A program made the position numbers and the translations under genes. The notes beneath the pieces are model-generated. The model saw only the letters and a list, made by a program, of their open reading frames with translations, was not told where the DNA came from and searched no databases. A DNA stretch of 63,030 nt, filler included, from Octopus bimaculoides (Eukaryota), in the NCBI RefSeq assembly GCF_001194135.2. It is 5 parts of 5 records of this genome, joined end to end, with 100 filler letters (N's around TTAATTAATTAA, not from the genome) between each part and the next. Parts side by side here need not be neighbours in the genome. Positions count along the whole stretch, not along the records: positions 1 to 22,946 come from NC_068998.1; 4 more parts are not named here. One strand, written 5' to 3'. The stretch's first letter is position 1. Every line of letters starts with the position of its first letter. Of the stretch, positions 1-12,525 are shown piece after piece.

Positions 1-829
1 GTATGTATGTATATGTGTGTGCGCACGAGCGCGTGTGTGTTTCTATGCAAATATCTCTATATATAAAGTTTTTGTTTTTAATATATACACGTAAATGTAT
101 GTATATGTTTTTATTACATGTGTATACACCAACATACATATAGATCCATACAAACACACACACACACACACAATTGTGTATATTTGTACATGTGTACACG
201 AAACGTGCATATACGTTTAAGAAAACAAGTGGTGCCCGCCAATTCAGAAAGATCCATTCATACACATACATATACACCTGTATAAATACATACAAATATA
301 CATATATGCATGTACGTATATATATATATACATACATACATACATACATACTTGCATACATATCTTTTATTCTTTTACTTGTTTCAGTCACTTGACTGTG
401 GCCATGCTGGAGCACCGCCTGTATATGTACTATGTACTATGTACTATGTATATGTAGTATGTACTATGTATGCACATATGCATTATATACATGTATGTAC
501 GTATGCATGTATAAAAAATACATATATATTTATATATGCATACATACATACATACATACATGCACATGTATATACCTGTATGTACTGAGAGTTGTCTCGT
601 GACTCGATTCGGCGTAAAATGACATACATACATACACACATACATACATACATACATACATAGTTAAACTTAAACTTCTCCACTTGTCTCGGTGATGTTC
701 CACTAACATGCACAGTGCACGGGAAAGGATTTTCTTAATAGGACCAATGCCTCACTATTTGCAATACTATTTCTCATCCTTATCTTGCAGCACTCGGTGG
801 CAAACCAATTCAGTGCATGCAAGAGTGCA

Positions 830-1330
830 GATACTGGCACAGTAATGCACCCGCTCCTATTTTCTATCGTCAGAAGAAGAAAGGTTGCTAAAAAATTTCC
901 CAAACATTTTCAGTTCAGTTTTCGTTCTTATCCTCAACTGTGGTCATGAACATTGGGCAATAGTGAATACAAGCGGCTGAAGCGGTGGAGGTGGTGGGAG
1001 GTGAGTTGTCCTCCAAGGGGTCTCTGGAATAATGTTATTCGTCAGGGTGAGGAGCTCGGTGAGCAGAAATTCTATCCGGGTCGAGCCGCTGCTTTTCCAC
1101 AGCTCCGGTACGACGGACATGTGATTTGAATGTCACAAGATAGAATCTCAAGACGGATTCTTCAAGCTTAGACGACCGATAGGAGACCTAGGGGTAGACT
1201 AAGAACGAGATGGCTGGATAATATCCATAATCTCTGTTGGTCGTTCTCAGGAATCCAGCCGGAGAGTTTAATGATAGCTGGCATAAGATCGATCTTTGAC
1301 AGACACCGTTTTCCCCCTGGTCCTCCTAGT
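830..1330 (+). mobile_element. RTE-X (Expander-like) LINE 3-prime remnant
   Basis: SVFVLILNCGHEHW, VEPLLFH, QLRYDGHV and RRPRGRLRTRWLDNI..LCWS. Confidence 0.75.
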
Positions 1331-2639
1331 GTTTTCCCTCAATCATAGGGATAAGTTCTATTTCCCGTAATTCTGTTAAAAGATTTAAGGATATTCTTGG
1401 TAAGAATGAAAATTCACGCAACAAATAATATAGTAAATTGCTGAGAGTGCTACAAAGAAGAAACTTGTTTTCAGTTTTCGCTTTCCGTAAGCCAGTAAGA
1501 AAAAATTTCAACGCTAAAAGAAACTTGGTGAGACTAATGAAGGGAGCATCGTCCTCCAAGCAGTATGGATCTAGCTTCGAACCCCATTTAGTTTCTACAC
1601 CTCTTTTATCGTTTAGCCAGAAAACAGTAAGCATTTGCAAACAGGTTGAAGTTATGATATGGAAGAACAGAGGTTAACCTAACCTGCATCGGTAAAGATG
1701 TTGTGAATCCCCTATATATTCAGCATGTGACGTATCTCTACATCACACAAATTACCTGATGTTGCACTGTGTGGCCATTTCCATCTCGGTGTGTGTGTGT
1801 GTTTACACAGGGTCGAGCAGAGAATTGAATAATCAGTGACGCCAGCGTTGTATAATATCAATTAGTTCTTCAGTGTAACTATAGAGGTGTTACAGACATC
1901 ATACGAAACAAACAACACTTTTGAATATACACATAGAAAGACAGCGAGCTGGCAAAATCGTTAGCACGTCGGACACAATAATTAGCAGCATTTCGTTCGT
2001 CTTCACGCTCTGGGTTCAAATTCTGCCGAGGTTGATTTTGTCTTTCATCCTTTTGGGGTCGATAAAATAACTACCATCTGAGCACTGCGATCGATGTAAT
2101 CGACTTATCCCTGTCCCGAAATTGTCGGCGGCCTTCTGCCGAAATTTGAAATCAGTATATACCTACAAACACGCACATAAATAAATACATGTGTATCAAA
2201 TAACTTAGAACATAAATTCTTGACTTATTGAAATGATCTCCGCCTCTAGAGGATATATTATAATTATGAAATAGCAATACATACACTCATATACACGTCC
2301 ACACACCCACGCATATATCTGTCTGTGTGTATGTGTATGCCTGTGAGTGTGTAAATATGTAAGCATATATACATATATAATATATATGCATATATATACA
2401 CACACACACACACATATATATATACATACATACATACATACATATAGATATACACGTACATACACAAATTTATACATATATACATACAAACACGCGCACA
2501 CATGCTTGAGAACTCTTCCCCCACAACTGTTTCACGAACAGAGAGTGGAGAATATGGATGGATATGTGTTGGGTGCATACACACATATATATGTATGTGT
2601 ATGTATGTGTGTTTATATACATATTTATGTCTGTGTGTG

Positions 2640-2806
2640 TGATCTGATCAATAAGTATCTAGATTGTTGCCATAGTAACAAAGCTAAAGCACGCAGAGTG
2701 AGGCTGCTATGCACAGAATAACCTTGAAATCTGTTGTGCACGTACACTAAGTTTTAACCTTCGTTACTCTGGCAACAGTCCGGATACTTATTGATCAGAC
2801 TTCGTA
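2640..2806 (+). mobile_element. Mariner-derived MITE (internal deletion derivative of the 49900-50377 family)
   Basis: It has both TIRs (GATCTGATCAATAAGTATC.. / ..GGATACTTATTGATCAGACTTCGTA) and shares the subterminal AAAGCTAAAGCACGCAGAGTG with the mariner copy. Confidence 0.85.
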
Positions 2807-3512
2807 TATACTTATTAGACAAGGTTCTGATAACTTCGTTTGCTCTCTTATTTCTTGTAAATGTCGTATATATTACAAGTGTTATGTGTATATATATATA
2901 TGTGTGTATGTGTGGGTGCTTGTGTGTGTATGCATGTATGTGCGTGTGTTTGTGTGTATGTATGTGTGTATGTATGTGTGTGTGTATGTGTACGTTTGTG
3001 TACATGTATTCCAGTAAACGTTTGCCCTATGAGTACATAGAGAGAAACACCAAACATTATCGACGTTGAGTGGGATGCGGTGCGAGACGATGTTATATAA
3101 AGAGGAAATATTAAACTTTTGTTTTTTACCCTTGACTAAAGTTGCTAACACCCCCATTATATACCCTAATGTACATTCCAGTATTTCATTATTCAGCTGA
3201 TCGACTCTTGATACCCAGATGTTATTCCAAGAAAAATTTGGTAATTCGAACCCTCGACACGCAACCCACCATCCGTTATAAAAATCACTAAAATTAAGGA
3301 TGTTTTTATGTCGTTGTTACTCTTTTTGTTTAGCCCTAGGTCAGCCCTAAGTTAGCCGACTTCATCTTTTTTCTAATCACAATGCATCAAGGACTACATT
3401 ATCTAATGTGTCTTTTTTTTCTAGAGATTTAGTTGCTGCATCTACCAGGTCAATCAACCATGTCGAGTTCCCTTAAAATTAAGCGATACTCTTATGTAAT
3501 GTTCCCATTATA

Positions 3513-3638
3513 CTAATAATATAGCCTGAACAGGATAAACTCCCCCTATTTTGCAGAAAAAATTGTAGGTGGTTAGCTCACCTACACTTTTTTTCTGCAA
3601 AATAGGGGAAGCTTATCCTGTTCAGGCTATATTATTAG
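3513..3638. repeat. Near-perfect hairpin (about 59-bp stem, 7-nt loop); probable fold-back MITE
   Basis: The arms are reverse complements with about 3 mismatches and 1 bulge. The flanks share the direct repeat CATTAT. Confidence 0.85.
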
Positions 3639-3750
3639 CATTATTCTGCGATTGAGAATTTAAAATCACTTCTTTAACTTTCTAAGACATCTCAACGCTT
3701 TTAAAAGCAAACTTCGTTTGTTTGTTTACGTTTATCGTAATTTGAATTTA

Positions 3751-3803
<53 letters not shown>

Positions 3804-4823
3804 NNNNNNNNNNNNNNNNNNNNNNNNNNNNNNNNNNNNNNNNNNNNNNNNNNNNNNNNNNNNNNNNNNNNNNNNNNNNNNNNNNNNNNNNNNNNNNNNN
3901 NNNNNNNNNNNNNNNNNNNNNNNNNNNNNNNNNNNNNNNNNNNNNNNNNNNNNNNNNNNNNNNNNNNNNNNNNNNNNNNNNNNNNNNNNNNNNNNNNNNN
4001 NNNNNNTGTGCATACCTACGTCTACCTGTATATATAGGTGCATATCTGGGTACAGGACATTGCAAACAAAACGTAGACAAGAAAATAATAATAACCAGAG
4101 TACAGAAAACACACAAGCCACATAGAGAACATTTTCCTTCATCACCTACCCCCATTTTAACACTGGCGTTTCGAAGAGTTGGGCAGGACGCATCGTTAAA
4201 ATGGCTCTTCCCATGGACCGCAAATTAAATTTGTATACACAAATTAAACCTGTGCCATGGAGGAATGTCGTGACGGACAAAAAACAAGACAGGAAAACAA
4301 ACGGAAAAGAAAACCAGACAGGAAAACAAACGAAAAAGGTTATGCGGCCAGACGTGAAAAGTTATGTGTATATGAACGCTGTGAGGCACGAACTGAAAAA
4401 GACGGGACGAAATGACTACAGATGACGTAGCTGGAATTGCTTTCATTCATAGATGTATTCCGCCAGGTTTGATCTGGAGTTAATCAACATCCCAATGAAA
4501 GATGTTATCCTCCTCAGACCAGTGAGCTACTCTGAATGCCTGAAATGGAATACATTATTTTACTAAAGACATCCTAGGACCAGGAGGTGGTGTTAAAACA
4601 CGATGGGGTGGGGGATAAACCAGGTGATGTTAAACCACGACAAGAGTGGTCGTCTATCCAATAGAATTTCTCAATTCACTTCAGCCAACTGGTGTTCCTT
4701 CTCACTATCTGTGTAGGAAGGTAGGGACCATTGTACCATAACTACTGGGGGTTCAAATCATTTTAATGAAATTCTTCAAGGCGGTGCCCCAGTATGCTCA
4801 CGGTCTAATGACTGTAACAGTGA

Positions 4824-4885
<62 letters not shown>

Positions 4886-5754
4886 TGGTAGAGAGCTCCG
4901 CGTGAAATTAACGTGCAAGTGGCTGAGCACTCCACAGACACCCTTAGCGTAGTTCTCGGAGAGATTCAGCATGACACAGTGTGACAAGGCTGACCCTTTG
5001 AATTACAGGCACAACAGAAACAGGAAGTAAGAGTGAGAGAAAGTTGTGGTGGAAGAGTACAGCAGGGTTCGCCACCATCCCCTGCCGGAGCCTACCGCGA
5101 TCCTATAACCGTGAGTCCGCTGCCCTAACCACTGGGCCATTACGCCTCCACCATCCTTCAGGTACCAATAAAATAAATAACAACAAAGCCTTGATGGTCT
5201 GATTTAAAAAAAAAAAATTTTTTTTTATTAAAATTTTTTTTTTTTTTACTTTTAACGGTAGGTAGGCATAAGACCTGAAATTTTTTGTGGGGTGGGGAAA
5301 CAAAGTTAACCTCGGTGGAATTTTAACTCAGAACATAAAGAACCGGCTGAAATGACGCTATGCATTTTTTTTTTAACACGCTAACGATTCTGCCAGCTCG
5401 TCGCCTTCGTTCTATCCAATATTCCTCAAACATCTTTTAGACGTGACAAGAATTATAAACGACTTTGAAGGGGAGATAAGTCACATCTACCTAAGGTAGA
5501 TAACTCACCTTGATGGAATCTAAGGCGGAAAAGATTTGATTTCTGACGAAGGTTGGTCAAAGTTTATATTAGACCACGAATGCAATTTACTGTAAGTAGC
5601 GTTAATGTTTTTAATTAATGTTTTTAATTAAAGCATATTCTGTCACAGAGAAAAGAGCTCAAGTTTCTATTTCTCCTCTAAAATATTACTGAAATATAAA
5701 TGCAACATTCGTATTATTATAATTGTGTGAATCAATAATGTTGTTGTCGTTGTT

Positions 5755-6945
5755 GTTATTTTACCTTAGGTCAACCCTGTACACCTGCGATCCAAGATAT
5801 TTCAACCATGACCTTCTTGTCTTTTATTTAGATGTAGTATACCTAGTATACCTAGGACTACATTATTTAATGCGTTACCGTTATTGTTGATGTTTAGTTT
5901 CAGGTTAGCCCTAGTCCGCGGAGGCGCAATGGCCAGGTGGTTAGGGCAGCNNNNNNNNNNCACGAGCAGGCTGTTCCGTTGATCGGATCAGTTGGAACCC
6001 TCGACGTCGTAAGCGACGGAGTGCCAACAACAGCCCTAGTCCAAAAGTTCTATGACTAAAAGTGCTCCAACCGTGACCCTCTTGTTTTTTTATTCGGACA
6101 CAGTATAACTAAAGCTACATTATTTAATGTGTCATTTCATATTTAAGACATTAATATATGCTTTGACGGAGATAAGTCTGGAATTTCTCGTAGTTTGAAT
6201 AACGTGGCTCGTCTTAAGGAAGAATTAAAAATGAACATAACTCAATTTAAAGACGAGTTTTTATACAACAAATGCCACGAGAGAAGGAAAAGGTAACTGG
6301 AGTGACGGGTTTGCATTTTTAATTCTTAATAAAAGAATCAATGGTATTGTTTTTATTCAAGCGGTGTTGCTGGTAAGTTTGTTACCTGTACACAGAGTTC
6401 TCGAATCGCACCGGTGTCATATGTGAAACTATTCCTTAAAATATATTGGTTCCTACATCAGGATCTGCTTTTGAAAACGAATGAAGGGATCACGAGAAAG
6501 GGAAAGATTAAACTCACAGCCTGTTGCCTGGTTGTTGTTTAGTCCGACGTACAGATATAATCAAAATCACTCCACTCGTGACCATCCCGTCTGTTTCCTA
6601 TCTAAAAGGATCCAATAAACACACTACCCAAGATGTCCTTCTTTTTCTAAGACAGTAGAGCATGATTGATGGAAAGTCGACTGCCATTTCTAGTAGAGAG
6701 AACGGCTACATAGAGGCTACTTTGTTTCTTATTGACTCATACTGGTATCAGTGTTAGAGTAGCATAGATGAAAGTGTCCTTCCATTTTTTTTATAAGATA
6801 GGGGGTGACTAGAGAGATTTAAATGTTATTTCTAGCTGGGTGAACGACTACATAGAGACTCCCTTGTTGACTTAAACTCTTATTAGTCATAGTATATATA
6901 GAAATACATTATGTAATGTGTCGCTTTTGTCTTTAAAATAAGGGT
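5755..6945 (+). repeat. Cluster of an unclassified about 150-200-bp dispersed repeat (family E)
   Basis: Recurrent GTCA(G/A)CCCT..GTGACC..G(G/C)CTACATTA..TAATGTGTC..GAGATTT..GCTATTTCTA blocks. Also at about 3325-3460 and 60540-60720. Confidence 0.6.
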
Positions 6946-7972
6946 TAAGATCCCCTTCGGTCATGACTGACCATGGGATTTGCACCTAGGAAGTCTGGAC
7001 AAAGTTGTTTTACAGAGGACCAACAGTCACCCATGCATACCGGCCTCCCCTATCCACGCCATCGATGTTATCCAAGGGAAAGGCAAAGGGGCCCATAAAG
7101 CTTGGCACCAGAGATGTTGCAACTCATTTCTACGGATGAATGAACTGGAGCAACATGAAATGAAGTGCCTTGCTCAAGAACACAACACACAGCCCGGCCT
7201 GGGAATCAAACGCACTACCCTATGATTGTGAGCCCGACACGAAGCACTGAGCCATGCTCCTTCACTGTTTCGGTGTTTTACTGGTACTTAATTTCTCAAT
7301 GCTGAAACGATGAAAGGCAAAGTTAACCTCAACAGAATTTGAACTCAGAATGTAGCGACTGGTGAGATACCACTTAGCATTTCGTCCAGCATGCTATAAT
7401 AATAACAACAATAATAATCCTGTCTACTATAAACACAAGACCTGAAATCTGGCAGGGGGGGGGGGACTAGTTGATTACATTAACACTTGCAGGAATTAAA
7501 CTCAGAAAAATAAACCATTACGATCAAAAACTGCAAAATATATTTGTCAGGTGCTCTACCGATTCTTTGCTTTTATAAGTTTTACAATAATAACTGAATC
7601 AAAAACTCACAGTTTGACTTCTATTTTGTTGAAAAGCCAAATAAATTAATTAACTCCATCTGATTATTTTCTAATAAGTGCTCAGAGCTTTTAATTAATC
7701 TTCAAGAATTTCTACAATTTTAGTAAGACAAAAACGAAACAGTTATCGCTTTTTTATATGTTGGTTGTTTAACCCGTGGTCAGTGCTGATCCAGCAGACC
7801 TGTGATCAAAGGGTTTTTATAATAAAATGAAATTTCTTTTGTGATTCTGTGAATTTATAGACTTTGTTTATTTTTTTTCTTTCTGTTTTTGTTTTTACTC
7901 TTGACAAAGTATTTCATAACCATTCTCTCCCTCTCTCTCTCATTCTCTTTTTTTTTCCTCTTCTTCCAACAG
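6373..7972 (+). promoter_or_regulatory. Candidate 5-prime UTR intron of the mTERF-like gene
   Basis: Strong acceptor TTTTTTTTTCCTCTTCTTCCAACAG ends at 7972. A consensus donor CTG|GTAAGT is at 6373. Pairing of the two sites is inference. Confidence 0.35.
6948..7262 (-). mobile_element. CORE-type SINE with RTE-like tail
   Basis: The minus strand reads GTGTTCTTGAGCAAGGCACTTCATTTC core after a B-box-like GTTTGATTCC. Confidence 0.65.
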
Positions 7973-8013
7973 AGTTTGCAGTCCGTCATTCCCGACCCTC
8001 AGCATGCAACAAC

Positions 8014-9273
8014 ATGTTTCTGTCATTACTCTTTAAAAGTTCACCGTGTCACTTCCTTCAAAGTTTTAAACATATTTACTTCACCTTGCATACATGGAAG
8101 ACACCTACCACAACAAACATTATTGTCTTGAGAAACTGTCGTCAAAAATACGTCGCGAAAACACCAAACACTGTTGGTTATTTCTTTCCTCGAAACAAAA
8201 GAATTCGTAAGGAATATACAGATGCCATTGATATTGTTATTGAAAACAACCAAGAGAAGATTGATAAAATTGCCACCCTGATGTCTTGTAGCATAGAACA
8301 AGCTGAGAAATTGGTCCGTGCAGATTCCAGATTAGTCACAGTGATAAGCTTTCAGAAGGTCCAGACCACAATTTCTAAGCTCCGACAGGCAGGATTTTCA
8401 GCAGACAGCGTTATCAAATATTCCGGCATATTTTCCAGGAATTTGGGAGCTTTACAGCGTCGACTAGATGACATGCAGTTGTTCCGTAAGTACCATTACT
8501 CAATGGAGTGTGTGTTTATGGGTCAAGGCAAGTATGAGAAAATACGTGGCATACTTCTGAGGGAAGCCATATTAATGGGCCAGCATCCAACAAGGTTGAG
8601 CTATTTGTCCGAATTGCTGGAGTGCAGTGAAAATCAGCTGCAGGAAGCTATTGCATCTGGTTATAGCTTCTTGAGACTGAGGAAATTGTCAGCCCTGAAG
8701 GCTGTAGTTAATCTGTATGTCAAAAATGGAATAACAAAGAAAGACATTGTTGATAATATTACTATATTTCGCTTAAAACCTCTCGATTGTAAACAGCGCC
8801 TGAAAGTATTGAGACAACCATACTATGACAAAGAGAAAAAAATTGAAATGCTATATAAACTCCGGAAGTTATTTTACATAAGTCACAGGAAATATTCAGA
8901 AAATCAAGAGGCACTTGGCAATCATGAAGACAAGTATCACTATTTACAAGAGCGCCTGAACTGCAGTAGAATGGAGCTTGAACTGTTATTCATCAAAGCT
9001 CCCATAATGAGGATAACTTCTCCAAGACGTTTGAAGAGAGTCCTAGATGTTCTCTTGGATGAATTTGGTTTCACTACCCAAACAATATTCCGAAATTATC
9101 ACCTTCTATTTTTCAGTGAAAACAGATTGAAGCATCGGTGGAAAATTCTAGAAAATTTTGATTTGCATGAAAGTGAGAAGATTGCTGACTTAATTTTACC
9201 TAAGAAAAAATTTGAAATGAAATATCATGAGACTTCTTCTTCTGATGAAGAATTTTCAGATGATAAATCATAA
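8014..9273 (+). CDS. mTERF-family mitochondrial transcription termination factor-like protein, 419 aa, single coding exon
   Basis: Uninterrupted ORF. ATG at 8014 follows a polypyrimidine tract and CAG acceptor (AG 7971-7972). The N-terminus is acid-free for about 66 aa, like a mitochondrial presequence. Three helical repeats of about 112 aa carry an L-x-C-S anchor and G-F/I-T/S motifs typical of mTERF repeats. Paralog assignment is not possible by eye. Confidence 0.8.
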   Translation: MFLSLLFKSSPCHFLQSFKHIYFTLHTWKTPTTTNIIVLRNCRQKYVAKTPNTVGYFFPRNKRIRKEYTDAIDIVIENNQEKIDKIATLMSCSIEQAEKLVRADSRLVTVISFQKVQTTISKLRQAGFSADSVIKYSGIFSRNLGALQRRLDDMQLFRKYHYSMECVFMGQGKYEKIRGILLREAILMGQHPTRLSYLSELLECSENQLQEAIASGYSFLRLRKLSALKAVVNLYVKNGITKKDIVDNITIFRLKPLDCKQRLKVLRQPYYDKEKKIEMLYKLRKLFYISHRKYSENQEALGNHEDKYHYLQERLNCSRMELELLFIKAPIMRITSPRRLKRVLDVLLDEFGFTTQTIFRNYHLLFFSENRLKHRWKILENFDLHESEKIADLILPKKKFEMKYHETSSSDEEFSDDKS

Positions 9274-9559
9274 CAACAGTTTCTCTTATGTCTTCATGTC
9301 TTGTTATTTATTTCTACTAATATTGTTGTATTTTAACTTGCTGTTCTTTCTTTTCTTATTTTTTCTTCATCTCTCTTTGTATTCTGTCTTGTATCAGGAA
9401 TACAAACTGTAAAAATATGTTCCTTGACCCCATCCTGTCACCAGATACCCCAAAATCATTAAGAAAATCTAAAAGCTCAAAACCTTTAGGAATCATATAA
9501 AATCACAACCATACTATAGCTAACTATAGACTTGGACACTGTCCAGACCCTTAGGAACT

Positions 9560-9960
9560 ACTTCAACTCCTTTGGTATCAGAACACTTTGCAGTATTATG
9601 GGTTACCATTTGTCAAATTTCATATCCAACCAATGACTCCATTCAGAAACTGGGATGTGTCCTCTTACTTGTATGGATCAGGCTGCACCGGTTCAGATCA
9701 ATTGACCATGTTGATCACTTTTCTGAGTTAAACTCTGTTTACCGTGTTCTCTTCATTGAGGATCCAACTGGGTTGACAGCTCATGTTGATCGACCACATG
9801 CCACATGGTCACGGCAGAAGAGGAGGCATCTCATGGAGATGGGGACTGACTGGAACTTTGCTCGACAGGACACTCAGAAGGACCCAAGAATATACTGACA
9901 AATGGTGAATGCAGCAATGCACTGCAGCAGTACTTGCCCCCCACACCTGACTTGCTCATA
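9560..9960 (+). mobile_element. RTE-like LINE 3-prime remnant
   Basis: DRPHATWSRQ..HLMEMGTDW..DPRIY*QMVNAAMHC resembles an RTE C-terminus. Confidence 0.55.
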
Positions 9961-10337
9961 CAACTAAGCACCCACCCCAGGACTTAGAGGGATCCTTCTA
10001 TTCACTAACACCGACAGCTGCTCATACCAAGACTGTTAGATTCTGAACCTGGACCAAATTATCGTCTTCATCGCCATCGTCGTTTTAGGGTTCACTTTTC
10101 CATGCTTGCACGTGTCAGACTGAATTTGTTGAGAGAGATTTTCTATGACCAAATTCCCTTCTTGCTGCCGACCCTCACATGTTTCCAACTAAGGTAATAT
10201 ATCCCCATGACTAGACTTATCTTAGAAGACTGAAAATGGAGGATTCTGATTGCATGATAAGGACATGCTTACAACTATCATACATCGTCAAGGCAATTAA
10301 ACAGTAACATACGCTTGCACACACACATACATATATA

Positions 10338-10396
10338 CAGGGTGTCCACAAAGTCTGGGTACATGGAGTAAATAAAATCATAACATAAACAATTAA
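10338..10396 (+). mobile_element. Tc1-like terminal fragment
   Basis: TA|CAGGGTGTCCACAAAGTC end motif. The other end is not seen. Confidence 0.5.
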
Positions 10397-11486
10397 GGTG
10401 CCATGCAGTGGGACTGAAACGGGAACCATGTGGTTAGAATGCAAACTTCTTAACCAGATAGCCACACACACATGTATGTGTGTGTGTGTGTGTGTATATC
10501 ACGTGCTTACGGAATAGCTTCACAGAAAGTCGTCTAGGTGTTTATCACGTTATTTAAGGCAATAAACATAAAACGTCAAGAAGACCTATTAAAGACGAGA
10601 GGGGGAACATAAGGTTCCTTGTAACTGCTGGTTGCAACACTCTTTCTTCACCAATGCTGCACTTTACATACAGAACACTTTTGCAACAACAAGTTGTTAT
10701 ATATANNNNNNNNNNNNNNNNNNNNNNNNNNNNNNNNNNNNNNNNNNNNNNNNNNNNNNNNNNNNNNNNNNNNNNNNNNNNNNNNNNNNNNNNNNNNNNN
10801 NNNNNNNNNNNNNNNNNNNNNNNNNNNNNNNNNNNNNNNNNNNNNNNNNNNNNNNNNNNNNNNNNNNNNNNNNNNNNNNNNNNNNNNNNNNNNNNNNNNN
10901 NNNNNNNNNNNNNNNNNNNNNNNNNNNNNNNNNNNNNNNNNNNNNNNNNNNNNNNNNNNNNNNNNNNNNNNNNNNNNNNNNNNNNNNNNNNNNNNNNNNN
11001 NNNNNNNNNNNNNNNNNNNNNNNNNNNNNNNNNNNTGTGTATATACGTACATGTGTGTGTGTGTGTGTGTATATACGTACATGTGTGTGTGTGTGTGTGT
11101 ATATACGTACATGTGTGTGTGTGTGTGTATAAATGCAGTACATTGTAACTACTTTGATAGCTTTAGCATAAGTTTGGTTTGCTGACGTGAGTATTGAAGT
11201 TGGTTGTGGTAGGTGTGGTGGTGGTGGTGGTGACCATGATGGTCATGTTTGTGAAGGTGGTGGTGGTCGTGGTGGTTGATATCTGTGACGTTAATGGTAG
11301 ACCTTATAATCCGTTACATTCATTATCTATTTCCAAATATTTATTAAGCATTTTACATGTTCACCGGTTTTTCTGTCTTTTATTGCCCATTGCTTTAATC
11401 TTCTTTTGTGTGTGTGTGTATACACATATATATGCATATATAAATGTATATGTGTATATATGTAACTATATATACATATATATGTG

Positions 11487-11533
<47 letters not shown>

Positions 11534-12323
11534 NNNNNNNNNNNNNNNNNNNNNNNNNNNNNNNNNNNNNNNNNNNNNNNNNNNNNNNNNNNNNNNNNNN
11601 NNNNNNNNNNNNNNNNNNNNNNNNNNNNNNNNNNNNNNNNNNNNNNNNNNNNNNNNNNNNNNNNNNNNNNNNNNNNNNNNNNNNNNNNNNNNNNNNNNNN
11701 NNNNNNNNNNNNNNNNNNNNNNNNNNNNNNNNNNNNNNNNNNNNNNNNNNNNNNNNNNNNNNNNNNNNNNNNNNNNNNNNNNNNNNNNNNNNNNNNNNNN
11801 NNNNNNNNNNNNNNNNNNNNNNNNNNNNNNNNNNNNNNNNNNNNNNNNNNNNNNNNNNNNNNNNNNNNNNNNNNNNNNNNNNNNNNNNNNNNNNNNNNNN
11901 NNNNNNNNNNNNNNNNNNNNNNNNNNNNNNNNNNNNNNNNNNNNNNNNNNNNNNNNNNNNNNNNNNNNNNNNNNNNNNNNNNNNNNNNNNNNNNNNNNNN
12001 NNNNNNNNNNNNNNNNNNNNNNNNNNNNNNNNNNNNNNNNNNNNNNNNNNNNNNNNNNNNNNNNNNNNNNNNNNNNNNNNNNNNNNNNNNNNNNNNNNNN
12101 NNNNNNNNNNNNNNNNNNNNNNNNNNNNNNNNNNNNNNNNNNNNNNNNNNNNNNNNNNNNNNNNNNNNNNNNNNNNNNNNNNNNNNNNNNNNNNNNNNNN
12201 NNNNNNNNNNNNNNNNNNNNNNNNNNNNNNNNNNNNNNNNNNNNNNNNNNNNNNNNNNNNNNNNNNNNNNNNNNNNNNNNNNNNNNNNNNNNNNNNNNNN
12301 NNNNNNNNNNNNNNNNNNNNNNN

Positions 12324-12354
<31 letters not shown>

Positions 12355-12525
12355 CGACAGGCTTCTTTCAGTTTCCGTCAACGAAATCCACTCACAAGCC
12401 TTTGGTCGGCCCGAGGCTATAGTAGAAGACACTTGCCCAAGGTACCATGCAGTGGAACTGAACCCGGAAGCTACTTACCATACAGCCACTCCTACGCCTA
12501 GCTACTTACCACACAGCCACTCCTA
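12355..12525 (-). mobile_element. CORE-type SINE family C
   Basis: The minus strand has a tRNA head and the CCTTGGGCAAGTGTCTTCTAC core. Related copies are at 16158-16330 and 10396-10470. Confidence 0.75.

Noticed and set aside
1326-1640. 104-aa minus-strand ORF
   Set aside because: No recognisable motif or convincing splice sites. It is adjacent to a plus-strand RTE-X remnant.
7864-8013. ORF-track N-terminal extension of the mTERF ORF
   Set aside because: It starts at TTG and runs through a polypyrimidine tract and acceptor. ATG 8014 is the better start.
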